Origin: Enterococcus phage vipetofem
DNA: 32,000 nt
Reading direction: 5' to 3' (one strand)
Sequence record: MT119361.1
Part shown: piece by piece, positions 7,732 to 17,012 of the stretch
How the letters are laid out: every line of letters starts with the position of its first letter
How positions within the stretch are numbered: position 1 is the stretch's first letter
Notes under the pieces: generated by a model
The model's database searches: none
What the model was told of the DNA's origin: nothing
The model's input: the letters and a program-made list of their open reading frames with translations, nothing else
Translations under genes and position numbers: made by a program

Positions 7732-8277
7732 TTATAGCCCTCCTAATTCTTTAATACGATCTAATTTTTTCTTGAAATTAGGATTATTTTCAGCAAGTTG
7801 TTCGTATAATGCAATTTTATTTGCTTTTTCAAATTCTTCTTCTAATTGCATTTTTAATTTTTCAGCTTCAGCCTTTTCTCTTTCAATTTTTTCATACTGA
7901 TCGATATGGTGCTGAATATTTGTAACAACAACTCTTAAATCATGTTCTTTATCTTCGATAATGTCAATAAATTTTTGCATCAAATTATTATTATTCACAA
8001 TATCATCAGGAATTTTTGAGATACGTGCAATTTCATAATTGTCTGACTTTCTTACTGGCACAACAACAATGTCATCTCTTAAGATTACCTTAATGCCTTT
8101 TTGAATATCAAACAAATAACAATATTCTCTTTTACTCCAAAGGCCATCATTGGTTTTAAATTGAACCATCACTGGGAACATATTCTGTGCATCATATCCT
8201 GCTGCTTGAATTGCACCTTGTAAATTAATGTGATTACTTGCTAATTTTTGTGCTCTTCCATTTTCTCTAAATAACAT
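7732..8277 (-). CDS. Hypothetical protein with C-terminal coiled coil
   Basis: ORF track; KIEREKAEAEKLKMQLEEEFEKANKIALYEQLAENNP. Confidence 0.7.
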   Translation of the reverse strand: MLFRENGRAQKLASNHINLQGAIQAAGYDAQNMFPVMVQFKTNDGLWSKREYCYLFDIQKGIKVILRDDIVVVPVRKSDNYEIARISKIPDDIVNNNNLMQKFIDIIEDKEHDLRVVVTNIQHHIDQYEKIEREKAEAEKLKMQLEEEFEKANKIALYEQLAENNPNFKKKLDRIKELGGL

Positions 8278-8575
8278 TATTAATCTCTCCTATTTCTTTT
8301 AAATTATATTTATATTTTACATATGCTTTCTTAAATTTATTAATGCTATAATCAATGATCTTATTTCTTACTTCACGGCTTTTAAGATCTTTACCAATAT
8401 AAGTAAAATAATCAACATTCACGCACATTCTAAAATCATTTGTCTCAATAATTAATGTCGCATAACCTAAATCTTTATTATCAGTCGACCAACTAAGTGT
8501 TAAATCTAATAATTGTAGTTGATCGACTATTCTGTCTATCTCCTTCTGTTTATACACATAATCATAATATGACAT
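8267..8575 (-). CDS. Hypothetical protein
   Basis: ORF track; overlaps the downstream gene by a few bases. Confidence 0.65.
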   Translation of the reverse strand: MSYYDYVYKQKEIDRIVDQLQLLDLTLSWSTDNKDLGYATLIIETNDFRMCVNVDYFTYIGKDLKSREVRNKIIDYSINKFKKAYVKYKYNLKEIGEINNVI

Positions 8576-8586
8576 CTAAGTTCCTC

Positions 8587-8778
8587 CTAGTTCAATGTTT
8601 GTTTTAGTTGATAACTATGTGAGCCATTTTTCTTATCCATCGTACCAACGTATTTTTCATTACGATAAATGTGGATTCGATCCGAGTGAACAACTGTTTT
8701 TACTTCATGTCCTTCTTCTTTCCACCATTTAATACGTTGTATACCACGTTCATATGTCCAATTTTCTACTTTAATCAT
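8587..8778 (-). CDS. Hypothetical protein (63 aa)
   Basis: Preceded by AAAAGAGGAATTTAAATG and promoter at 8826..8854. Confidence 0.7.
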   Translation of the reverse strand: MIKVENWTYERGIQRIKWWKEEGHEVKTVVHSDRIHIYRNEKYVGTMDKKNGSHSYQLKQTLN

Positions 8779-8825
8779 TTAAATTCCTCTTTTCTGTTTT
8801 TGTTTTGTTTATTTATTATATATTT

Positions 8826-8854
8826 ATTATATACTATCTTGAGAAATATGTAAA
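8826..8854 (-). promoter_or_regulatory. Promoter P8
   Basis: TTTACATATTTCTCAAGATAGTATATAAT. Confidence 0.85.
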
Positions 8855-8861
8855 CAGTAAA

Positions 8862-8985
8862 ATGCAAAAAGTTTGCATAATTTTCGCTAAGTAAGGTTGC
8901 AACGGAACGTTGCACCTTCGTAAACTTCATGGAAGTTTCCGAGTTGTTCATTTTCTTTTTATATTCTTTATCGCGGGTATTTATA
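8862..8985 (-). ncRNA. Candidate structured small RNA (alternatively a 58-aa ORF, 8775..8951)
   Basis: Located between two promoters; three hairpins: AAACTTC/GAAGTTT (8922..8938), AAGGTGCAACG/CGTTGCAACCTT (8893..8917), ATGCAAA/TTTGCAT followed by TTTT (8862..8878). Confidence 0.4.
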
Positions 8986-9013
8986 TTATATCAAGAGAAA
9001 AAGTGTTTGTAAA
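8985..9013 (-). promoter_or_regulatory. Promoter P9
   Basis: TTTACAAACACTTTTTCTCTTGATATAAT. Confidence 0.85.
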
Positions 9014-9060
9014 CCATCATTCCCATTTTTTATCAAATTTTTACTTTTAATTGAGAAAAT

Positions 9061-9081
9061 AAAAAGGTGAACGAATCACCT
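9061..9081 (-). terminator. Rho-independent terminator
   Basis: Minus strand AGGTGATTCGTTCACCTTTTTA: 6-bp stem with T-run just after the stop of 9087..9356. Confidence 0.7.
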
Positions 9082-9086
9082 CTTTA

Positions 9087-9356
9087 TTATTTAAATGTCA
9101 TAACAATTTCATCAAAACCACGAGCTTTAATATTTAATTTTTCAACTAGCGTATTCCAATCACGCTCTAAGCGTTCTAAATCAAAAATATCGTCTGCTAA
9201 TTCTTGAGCATCTTCTGTTGATAAATTATTAATAGATTTTGCAGCTCCAACAGCACCATCAACATGTCCTAATAAATATCCTAAAGCAAATAATTCATCT
9301 TTTGATAAATTATTTTTAGCTTTGAATAAGATTAATGCAACTTTTTTATTGTCCAT
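9087..9356 (-). CDS. Hypothetical protein, paralog of 7148..7426
   Basis: See alignment under 7148..7426. Confidence 0.7.
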   Translation of the reverse strand: MDNKKVALILFKAKNNLSKDELFALGYLLGHVDGAVGAAKSINNLSTEDAQELADDIFDLERLERDWNTLVEKLNIKARGFDEIVMTFK

Positions 9357-9610
9357 TAAAACATCTCCTCAAAAATTTTATCTTTTAATTCTTCTAATTT
9401 ATTTCTATAACGTTCACTATCAGCTGAGTCCAATAATAACAATTGTTCTTCTTTTCTTTTTTCAATTGTTAACTTCTGCATGTGTGCCGCTAGCTTATTC
9501 ATTTCTAACTCCATATCAGCAATCAATCTTTCTTTCGCAACAACATTATTTAAAGCATGTTCATATGCTTCTTTAGCTTTACACACTTGCTCATTTAATG
9601 ATTTATCCAT
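9356..9610 (-). CDS. Hypothetical coiled-coil protein
   Basis: ORF track; ATG/stop overlap with 9087..9356. Confidence 0.65.
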   Translation of the reverse strand: MDKSLNEQVCKAKEAYEHALNNVVAKERLIADMELEMNKLAAHMQKLTIEKRKEEQLLLLDSADSERYRNKLEELKDKIFEEMF

Positions 9611-9642
9611 TTCATAACCTCTTTCTTTAATTTTATATTTAT

Positions 9643-9681
9643 ATTATATCAAAAAGAAAGAGAAGTGTAAACACTTCTCTT
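9643..9681 (-). promoter_or_regulatory. Promoter P10 overlapping dnaE terminator hairpin
   Basis: AAGAGAAGTGTTTACACTTCTCTTTCTTTTTGATATAAT. Confidence 0.88.
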
Positions 9682-12600
9682 AATCTTCTTCAACTTTTTT
9701 CTTTTCTTGTTGTAAAAATATTTTTTCTCCATCATGTCCTTTAATCAACATAATAGAATGTTGATATGCACTATTTTTCGCATTTGCATAAAAATCATTT
9801 TCTCTTCGATACCCAACAACAACTACCATATTTCCACGTTTCCACCAAGTGTCATCAATATTTACGCGATCTTTACCTTGACCAACCATTATCTTTTTAT
9901 TATAATATTGATATTTTCCTTTTCCGACACGAACATCTACAACACCATCTTTTGTAATTAAAGTTACTATACCTTTTTGTGGAAGTGTATCAATTACTGT
10001 TCCAGCAATTACGTGACTTTTATATTTTGGCCATTTTTTGCCACCGCGACCATTATTATAACCATCAATCTCTGGTTCTCTCGGTAATTCATTAAAATTC
10101 GATAGTTCAAAAAACGAATGAATTGGATATTCTTGCAATTCATGTTGTGAAATATAAAATGTGATTGATTCCATTTCCCAGTGAGATATTGTTCCTAAAC
10201 AATATTTTTGCCAATATGCACTTCTTCTAAGTGAAGCTTCAGCTTTCAAAGCGTCCTCTGTTTTCAACCACTCTTTTAATTCTTCCATTCTATCTTTTAC
10301 AACTTTTTCTAAAACTTTTATTTCAATTATAAAGTTGCCATTATCATTATAACTATATGATTCTGGATATTTTTTAGTTACTTTTTTATCACAATCTTCT
10401 TTAAAACGATTGAAGAAATATTCTGTATATCTATCATGAACTTTTTTATTTTTAACTTCTTTTAAGAAGAAATATGCTTCTTTTGCTTCTTTATATTTTT
10501 CTGGTATTAAATGAGCAATTTTTGGAATAACTGAAGTTGATAATTTTTGTTTAAATGGTTCCACATACATTACAAAATTTATCATTAATTGTTTCCTATT
10601 TGGATATAATTCATCAAATAATCCACTCTTTATTAATGTCACCATTTTCGTATTTGTTAAATCACCATTTATAACATTATGATCAATAAATTGTTGCATG
10701 TTCTTATATGGTCGACCATCGATAATTTGTTTTGCTAATCTGCTATTCATACCAACAATTGGTTTTAATCCATACATAATTTTGCCTGTGTTTTGATCAG
10801 GAGTGAAACCAATGTCGCTTTTATTGACTGATGGCGGAATTACATCTTCACGAAAATTCGATAATGCTTTTGCAACTTTACCATATTTTGTTCCTGCTTC
10901 AAGTTCTCCAATAATTCCTGCATCAACATTTAAACATGCTGCTTTCCAATAATGAACACCATATCTATATGCAATATTCATTTCAATCATTAAAATCATT
11001 GTGTATGCTGCTACGTGTGGTTCTGAAAATGAATAACCAAATGTTGGAACATAACATTCATTCCAAATATAATTTAATAAATTATCACTAGTTCCATTTT
11101 CTCTACCTTTTTTAAAGAATAATTCTTTTTGTTTTACTTGAATTGTTGGGTCTTTTTTAGCTGAAGCTTTACGCAATCCTTTTGCTTCTCTTAAATTATA
11201 TTTTGCCACTTTATCATGCATTGCAATTTTCATAATTGATTCTTGAACTTCACATACACCAAATTTTTTATCTAATAGTTCGTGCATAACTGCTTTTTCA
11301 TCTTCAGTTAAATTATATTCGTCCATATCTTTTTCCCATTCATTTAAATCATTTTTATAACGAATATATTTATCAATTGGTTGTTCACCATCAGAAGATA
11401 AACGCATTAATGAATTTGCCGCGACTAGTTGGTCAAATGTTCTAGCATTAATTTTTTCTAATGCTTGTCTACCTGTTTTTGCTTCAAACTGAAAAGCTGA
11501 AATAATTTCTCCATTAAACAACATGTCAAACATTTCTTGACTTTCCATATCTAAAACATCCGGGTGAAAATATTTATTAAATGTTTCTTGTAACGAACCT
11601 TGCCATTCAATTTTACCATCTTTTAACAACATATCTATTGCAGCTCTAATTCTATCTAATGCATTAATTGATAAAAAGTCATATTTAATTCCACCAGCAA
11701 CTTCTGTTGTATGTGCATCCCATTGTGTAATTGGCAATCCTTTACTTGTTTTCATCATTGTATTTAATGAAGTGTATCCATCTGGAAAGACAACAACACC
11801 TGAAGCATGTTGCCCACGACCACTTACTAAACCTTGAGATTGTAACATCAATTCTTGCAATCCTGGATATTCATTAACCATATAAATAAATTGCTTATCT
11901 GGCTTTCTATGTTCTTTTTCATTTCCAAAAAATGCATCTTGTAATGGCCATGCAAAACCTTTATCACTTGGAATCGCATTTGTAATATTTTGCGCTGTAT
12001 CTGGGTCTAAACCAAAAGCACGACAAGCTGTTAATGAAGCTGCACGTGGACCTTCTGTTGTATATGTTCCAATATTCAACACATTTTCATGTCCAAATTT
12101 TTCTTTTACACCTTCAATAATATTTGCACGTTCACTACCTTGAGCATCAACGTCAATATCTGGAAATTCTCCAACATATTCTCGTGATAAAAATCTCCAA
12201 TATGGTAAATCATATTTAATTGGATTTAATTGAACAATATCTAATAAATAATTTGTATAATAACATACAGCAGAACCACGGCCAACACCAACTAATGAAT
12301 ATTCCCACATAATATCAACAAATTCTGTCATTGCTAAGAAATATGAAGTCATTGGTTGATTTAATTGTTCACTAATTGCTTGAAGCTCACCATATTCTAA
12401 ATCAATCCTACTTAAATTTTCTTCATTAAATTCTTGTTCCTTTTCAACGAAGCCTTTCATAACTTTAAAATGATAATATCTATCTTCAATAACTGAAGAT
12501 CTCATCATTTTATAAATATTCGGATATTTTGCTTCATCAATTTTTTGCATAACACTTTCATCTTGTTCGAAATGTGAAATATGAGATCGTGGAATAACTG

Positions 12601-13546
12601 TTTCATGTTTATATTTTAATTCGTTATTAACCATATCTCTAATAATCAATGTGTTTTTACACAATTCATTTAATAATTCTTCATCAAAATATTCTAACAG
12701 TTCATCATATGAGAAAATATATGTTGTTGCATAAAAAGATTCTACTTCACGTTCACCTTCTGAAGCTTGTAAATATTGTTTATGAAATTCTTGCTGCTCT
12801 AATGTAAGATAATGCGCATCTGTTGTAACAATACATTTAATGTTATATTCTTCTGCAATTTTTGGTAACCATTTATTAACAATCAATTGTTCATCTTGTT
12901 TTGACGGTTGTAATTCAAAAAATACATTATCATGTCCAAAAGTATTCACTAAAAATTCAATAAAATAATGAATCTCTCTTTTTATTGTTCCAATTCGCAT
13001 CGCGTCTGCTTCTTGTTCTGCTTTTTCTAATTTAAGAACTAATTGTGGCAATTCTCCACCAATACACGCAGTTGACGCAATTACATCGCCTTTATATTCT
13101 TTCATTAGTTCAGCTAATTCATCTTTAAATGTTGGAACACGCTCCATACCTCTTGAATATGTGCTGTTTTCCCACGCTTTAGCCGTTTGTTTTTTCAAAA
13201 ATTCAAAACCACGTTGATTTTTTGCAACCATTAAAAAATGAAAATATTTAACTTTTTCTTGATTTTTCATTGGTTCCTCATATTTACGATCAATTAAATA
13301 TGCTTCATTTCCAATTGCTGCTACAAAATTTTCTGGTAATTCGCCGTTTTCTTTCATTTTTTTGGCAGCATCTAGAAATACTGGTGCACCAGCTATCGTT
13401 TCATGGTCTGATAATACAATTCCTTTCAACCCTTTGTTATTAGCGACTTTTAAAATATCTTGTGGCGAGTTTGTCGCATCTCTTAAACGAAAATTGCTAA
13501 AATGTGAATGATTATGGATACTAAACCAACCATTATGCCAGCTCAT
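9680..13546 (-). CDS. dnaE: DNA polymerase III alpha subunit, DnaE type with PHP domain
   Basis: 1288 aa; N-terminal PHP (SIHNHSHFSNFRLRDA, GIVLSDHETIAG, TTDAHY), SLVGVGRGSAVCYYTNYLLDIVQLNP, catalytic FPDIDVDAQG and YDFLSINALD, HVAAYTMILMIEMNIAYRYGVHYWKA helix-hairpin-like region, C-terminal OB-like region. Confidence 0.93.
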   Translation of the reverse strand: MSWHNGWFSIHNHSHFSNFRLRDATNSPQDILKVANNKGLKGIVLSDHETIAGAPVFLDAAKKMKENGELPENFVAAIGNEAYLIDRKYEEPMKNQEKVKYFHFLMVAKNQRGFEFLKKQTAKAWENSTYSRGMERVPTFKDELAELMKEYKGDVIASTACIGGELPQLVLKLEKAEQEADAMRIGTIKREIHYFIEFLVNTFGHDNVFFELQPSKQDEQLIVNKWLPKIAEEYNIKCIVTTDAHYLTLEQQEFHKQYLQASEGEREVESFYATTYIFSYDELLEYFDEELLNELCKNTLIIRDMVNNELKYKHETVIPRSHISHFEQDESVMQKIDEAKYPNIYKMMRSSVIEDRYYHFKVMKGFVEKEQEFNEENLSRIDLEYGELQAISEQLNQPMTSYFLAMTEFVDIMWEYSLVGVGRGSAVCYYTNYLLDIVQLNPIKYDLPYWRFLSREYVGEFPDIDVDAQGSERANIIEGVKEKFGHENVLNIGTYTTEGPRAASLTACRAFGLDPDTAQNITNAIPSDKGFAWPLQDAFFGNEKEHRKPDKQFIYMVNEYPGLQELMLQSQGLVSGRGQHASGVVVFPDGYTSLNTMMKTSKGLPITQWDAHTTEVAGGIKYDFLSINALDRIRAAIDMLLKDGKIEWQGSLQETFNKYFHPDVLDMESQEMFDMLFNGEIISAFQFEAKTGRQALEKINARTFDQLVAANSLMRLSSDGEQPIDKYIRYKNDLNEWEKDMDEYNLTEDEKAVMHELLDKKFGVCEVQESIMKIAMHDKVAKYNLREAKGLRKASAKKDPTIQVKQKELFFKKGRENGTSDNLLNYIWNECYVPTFGYSFSEPHVAAYTMILMIEMNIAYRYGVHYWKAACLNVDAGIIGELEAGTKYGKVAKALSNFREDVIPPSVNKSDIGFTPDQNTGKIMYGLKPIVGMNSRLAKQIIDGRPYKNMQQFIDHNVINGDLTNTKMVTLIKSGLFDELYPNRKQLMINFVMYVEPFKQKLSTSVIPKIAHLIPEKYKEAKEAYFFLKEVKNKKVHDRYTEYFFNRFKEDCDKKVTKKYPESYSYNDNGNFIIEIKVLEKVVKDRMEELKEWLKTEDALKAEASLRRSAYWQKYCLGTISHWEMESITFYISQHELQEYPIHSFFELSNFNELPREPEIDGYNNGRGGKKWPKYKSHVIAGTVIDTLPQKGIVTLITKDGVVDVRVGKGKYQYYNKKIMVGQGKDRVNIDDTWWKRGNMVVVVGYRRENDFYANAKNSAYQHSIMLIKGHDGEKIFLQQEKKKVEED

Positions 13547-13579
13547 TAATCTACCTCTTTTCTATTAATTTATATTTAT

Positions 13580-13620
13580 ATTATATCAAAAAAAGACTGT
13601 TTTGTAAACAGTCTTTTTTC
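13580..13620 (-). promoter_or_regulatory. Promoter P11 upstream of dnaE, overlapping terminator hairpin
   Basis: AAAAAAGACTGTTTACAAAACAGTCTTTTTTTGATATAAT. Confidence 0.9.
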
Positions 13621-13628
13621 TAAAAATA

Positions 13629-13817
13629 TTATTTTTTAATTGACGAAATTAATTCCATCGTGTCAGCTAAAATCCATTGATAACCTTTTAGATTTGCTAA
13701 ATCTTTTTCGTTTTCACCCGAAACAGAAATTTTCTTTTTAATAACTTCAATTTCTTTTTCGTATTGATCAACCTTTTTCCATAAATATTCTACGATCTCT
13801 TCAACTGTTTCTAACAT
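13629..13817 (-). CDS. Hypothetical protein (62 aa)
   Basis: ORF track with RBS AAGAAAGAGG and own promoter. Confidence 0.65.
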   Translation of the reverse strand: MLETVEEIVEYLWKKVDQYEKEIEVIKKKISVSGENEKDLANLKGYQWILADTMELISSIKK

Positions 13818-13871
13818 AATACTACCTCTTTCTTGTTAAAATATTTTAGTTTGTTTATTAACTATAAATAT

Positions 13872-13900
13872 ATTATACACTAAGCAGATCTGTTTGTAAA
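13872..13900 (-). promoter_or_regulatory. Promoter P12
   Basis: TTTACAAACAGATCTGCTTAGTGTATAAT. Confidence 0.85.
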
Positions 13901-13917
13901 CAGTTTTTTTACATTTT

Positions 13918-14133
13918 TTAATAAACTATTCCGGTTTCTTGTTTCAAGTTACCATCATCATCTACATATACAAATGAATAATAATCAGGAAAATTAATAT
14001 GATAATCGACTTTAAAAGATAGATATTTTTCATTTCCTGAAACAATTCTACCAATTTCATCAAAAATTACATATTTATTATCTTCATCAATTCTTTCTAA
14101 TAATCCTAGCACTTGCATTACTAATGCTTTCAT
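13918..14133 (-). CDS. Hypothetical protein (71 aa); track start (14256) corrected
   Basis: TAGGAGGAATATTATG places the start at MKALVMQVLGLLERIDEDNK. Confidence 0.7.
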   Translation of the reverse strand: MKALVMQVLGLLERIDEDNKYVIFDEIGRIVSGNEKYLSFKVDYHINFPDYYSFVYVDDDGNLKQETGIVY

Positions 14134-14143
14134 AATATTCCTC

Positions 14144-14386
14144 CTAAATGTCGAATGGGTCATAATCAGGGTCATTATGTGAAGACCAACATGCGCCTGC
14201 TTCCCATGAATCAATATGTTCACAGCCACAAATTTCGCATAAATCTTCCTCATCATCTTCCATTATATCTTCCCAATCAACAACAATATTTTCATTATTA
14301 ATTATTCCTGGAATTGGAGAATTAAATTCAACTTCATATTCTAGTTCTTTAATAACATGTTTTAATTTTTCTTTTTCTATTTTCAT
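14144..14386 (-). CDS. Hypothetical small Cys-rich protein; track start (14464) corrected
   Basis: MKIEKEKLKHVIKELEYEVEF...EDLCEICGCEHIDSWEAGACWSSHNDPDYDPFDI; the track start lies inside the tdk gene. Confidence 0.7.
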   Translation of the reverse strand: MKIEKEKLKHVIKELEYEVEFNSPIPGIINNENIVVDWEDIMEDDEEDLCEICGCEHIDSWEAGACWSSHNDPDYDPFDI

Positions 14387-14390
14387 ATTA

Positions 14391-14996
14391 TTACACTTTC
14401 CTTGTTTGAGTTCCATAAAAATAATAATGTTTTCTGCAGCATTGGAAAAAGTCTTCATCACCAATCACAATATTTCCATCAACATTTTCTGAATCAACAG
14501 CATAACGATAACCATCTTCTCTTAATTCAGTTAATAAATTATGGGTTGCTTTTTTATTACAAAAAGCGCATAATGTTTTAATTTCCACCAATTTATCAGC
14601 TTCTTCAATTAAAGCTTTACTTCCTTCGAATAAATGATTAGTAAAATCAGTTTTCAAACCAAAACATATTACATCAATATTTTGCGTATCAACTAGAACA
14701 CCACATTCGATAACTTGTGATTTTGTTAAAAATTGCGCTTCATCAATCAAAATAACAGGAGGATTATTACGGCCATCTTGTTGTAAAAAATCTGCAATAT
14801 TTTGATTTTGTCCTAATAACTGACATGTAATTGCAGAGCCTAGTCGTGTAGCAACTGTGTTGGAGTCACGCGTATCAATTGCACTTTTTAATACCAATGG
14901 TTTTTGATCTTTTACTAAATAATTTGTATAAGTTTTAATTAACTCCATACTTTTTCCGCTTTTCATAGTTCCATACATAAATGTAAATTTTGCCAT
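14391..14996 (-). CDS. tdk: Thymidine kinase (type II)
   Basis: FTFMYGTMKSGKSMELI Walker A, VILIDEAQFLTKSQV, ICFGLKTDFTNHLFEGSKAL, CAFCNKKA zinc ribbon. Confidence 0.93.
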   Translation of the reverse strand: MAKFTFMYGTMKSGKSMELIKTYTNYLVKDQKPLVLKSAIDTRDSNTVATRLGSAITCQLLGQNQNIADFLQQDGRNNPPVILIDEAQFLTKSQVIECGVLVDTQNIDVICFGLKTDFTNHLFEGSKALIEEADKLVEIKTLCAFCNKKATHNLLTELREDGYRYAVDSENVDGNIVIGDEDFFQCCRKHYYFYGTQTRKV

Positions 14997-15009
14997 TTTT
15001 CATTCTCCT

Positions 15010-15105
15010 TTAAATTTCACTAATAATTGCTAAGACAGCCGCAAATAAAATAATAAGAATTATCGCGGGAAAAACCAATAAAAAATCAATTAATATTTCA
15101 ACCAT
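15010..15105 (-). CDS. Mini membrane protein (31 aa)
   Basis: MVEILIDFLLVFPAIILIILFAAVLAIISEI*, overlaps the stop of the upstream gene. Confidence 0.55.
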   Translation of the reverse strand: MVEILIDFLLVFPAIILIILFAAVLAIISEI

Positions 15106-15289
15106 ATATAATTTCCTCCAATTTAGCTAAATTATCATCCATTAACTCCATAGTTGTTTTAATTTCTTTTTGAACATTATCTTCATTTAGAGGCCCAAAA
15201 ATTTTTATCCATTTTTCCGCAAATTTTAAACCTTCTAATCGTGCTGATAATTCTTCTTGTCTATTAATCAGCCTAGTTTTTTCATCCAT
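15098..15289 (-). CDS. Hypothetical protein
   Basis: ORF track. Confidence 0.65.
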   Translation of the reverse strand: MDEKTRLINRQEELSARLEGLKFAEKWIKIFGPLNEDNVQKEIKTTMELMDDNLAKLEEIIYG

Positions 15290-15539
15290 GGTATTCCCTT
15301 CCTAATGCATTTTGCACAAATGTTTTCTTTCTCATTTTCATAATCCAAATTTGTAAATCAACATACCATTGATATTTTAATAATTTTCTAAATTTAATTG
15401 AATAAATTTTTGATTTTATTTCCGAGTTTAGGCCAACTTGGGAGAATCGATAAATTTTACATTGTTCTCCATATTCTGTATCGGTAAAATTTTCATAATC
15501 AACCTCAACTTTATCAAAAACATACATTTCAATTTTCAA
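15282..15539 (-). CDS. Hypothetical protein
   Basis: ORF track; overlapping starts and stops. Confidence 0.65.
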   Translation of the reverse strand: MKIEMYVFDKVEVDYENFTDTEYGEQCKIYRFSQVGLNSEIKSKIYSIKFRKLLKYQWYVDLQIWIMKMRKKTFVQNALGREYHG

Positions 15540-16491
15540 TTTCTCTCACCATGCTTTCAACTAACGTTTTCATATTTAATCCACTTCTTATCGTTTTACC
15601 AAAATTTGAGACGCGTTCTTGATAAAAATTCAAATTATCTTTTAATTTAATAACAGCATCTAACATTGTTTGTCTTTCAGTATTTTTAACAGTTACACCT
15701 ATTTTATAAGTTTCAACAATATTTCCAATATGTGTTTTCGCTGGAACAATAATTGGGCAATTTGCTGCAAGATATAAAGAAGGCTTAAATGATAAATTAT
15801 ATTTTAAATAATCTTTATATAATCCTTCTTCCCATAATAACCCAATTTGTCCACCAATTTCTTTCACTAAATCTGAGTCATGTTTTTTACCACAATATTT
15901 TACGCCATCATTAAAAGTTAAATTATTGATATTGTCTCCATATACTAACATAGGAAAATCTACATCCATTATCCATTTACTCTTTTCCATTGTTAAATTA
16001 CCTGCAAAGACAATGTCTGAATTTGTGTCATACCATTGTTGATTATCCATGGCGAGAAAATCCCAAATCAATTGTATCTTTACTTTTGTTTTTAGTCCTT
16101 GTTTTAAGAGTTTTTTATACATCTCCATGGAGGGAAGTGAAATAATATCAAAGCCATTTAAAATCTCAATGTCACTATCATTTCCATAGAATCTTATAGA
16201 TTCTAGATCGTGAACAATTGCGCCAATTTTTGCTTTTTTCTTATGAGAAATTTCAATTAATCTCTTTTCATAATCAGCTCCACAATAAGTTGGATACTGT
16301 AAGAGAATTATGTCATTTTCCTCAATGTTAGCCAATTCTTCATCAGCTTTCTCAATGTTTACACCTGAAAAACAAGATAATTTTAAAGGTGAATACCCCA
16401 TGGAGTTTAGTATTTTACAAGTGTCGTTTCTTGCTTTATCAGTCGCCTCATATGAAAATAATTCAAAATATGGCTCTCCATAATATATCAT
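15529..16491 (-). CDS. Putative glycosyltransferase, Gtf3-like (GT-B)
   Basis: IEENDIILLQYPTYCGADYEKRL, KIGAIVHDLESIRF, FDIISLPSMEMYKKLLKQGL, IQLIWDF, IVFAGNL..K, SFKPSLYLAANCPIIVPAKTHIGNIVETYKIGVTV resemble Gtf3/galactofuranosyltransferase-like GT-B enzymes. Confidence 0.6.
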   Translation of the reverse strand: MIYYGEPYFELFSYEATDKARNDTCKILNSMGYSPLKLSCFSGVNIEKADEELANIEENDIILLQYPTYCGADYEKRLIEISHKKKAKIGAIVHDLESIRFYGNDSDIEILNGFDIISLPSMEMYKKLLKQGLKTKVKIQLIWDFLAMDNQQWYDTNSDIVFAGNLTMEKSKWIMDVDFPMLVYGDNINNLTFNDGVKYCGKKHDSDLVKEIGGQIGLLWEEGLYKDYLKYNLSFKPSLYLAANCPIIVPAKTHIGNIVETYKIGVTVKNTERQTMLDAVIKLKDNLNFYQERVSNFGKTIRSGLNMKTLVESMVREIEN

Positions 16492-17012
16492 AATACATTT
16501 CCCTTTCCAATTTCTGGTAACTCATCCATCAATTTATTTAAATGTCTATCAACTAAATCGTTATAATCTGCAAAACCGCTGTGACCTTTAACTTTTTCAA
16601 TTCTAAAAAATGGAAAACGTTCTAATTCTTCAATTAATTCTTTCCATTCTTTAGCATTTGCTAATCCACCTTTTTTAGTCCATCCATTTGCTTTCCACTT
16701 TTTCCACCATCCAGCTTGTAAACAATTAACAACATATGCTGAATCTAAATATGCTACAACTGGAAATTCTGGGCGCTTAATAGCTCTTAAACCCATCAAT
16801 AACCCCATAATTTCTTGATTATTATTTGTTTTACCATAACTTGCTTTACCATCTAATTTTTCATTTCCACCTTGTTTTAAGAAAAATGCATAAGCACTTT
16901 TATCTGTTTCTTTTATAGTTTCACCTTTTTTAGCAGTTGAACGACAACCACCATCTGAATATAAGTGAATAATGTTATCTTCGTGTCCTTTCGCTTTAAA
17001 CTGAACTGTCAT
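16488..17012 (-). CDS. rnhA: Ribonuclease HI
   Basis: LYSDGGCR, NNNQEIMGLLMGLRAI, VVAYLDSAYVVNCLQ..WWKKWKANGWTKKGG..NAKEW, VKGHSGFADYNDLVDRHLNKL. Confidence 0.92.
   Translation of the reverse strand: MTVQFKAKGHEDNIIHLYSDGGCRSTAKKGETIKETDKSAYAFFLKQGGNEKLDGKASYGKTNNNQEIMGLLMGLRAIKRPEFPVVAYLDSAYVVNCLQAGWWKKWKANGWTKKGGLANAKEWKELIEELERFPFFRIEKVKGHSGFADYNDLVDRHLNKLMDELPEIGKGNVL

Noticed and set aside
8775-8951. 58-aa ORF under promoter P9
   Set aside because: Kept only as an alternative: weak RBS, low-complexity tail crossing promoter P8 and a conserved leader, and the region is better explained by hairpins.
14134-14256. N-terminal extension of the 13918..14256 track ORF (and 14387..14464 of the next)
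   Set aside because: Overlaps the coding sequence of the upstream gene; strong RBS positions support the shorter starts.
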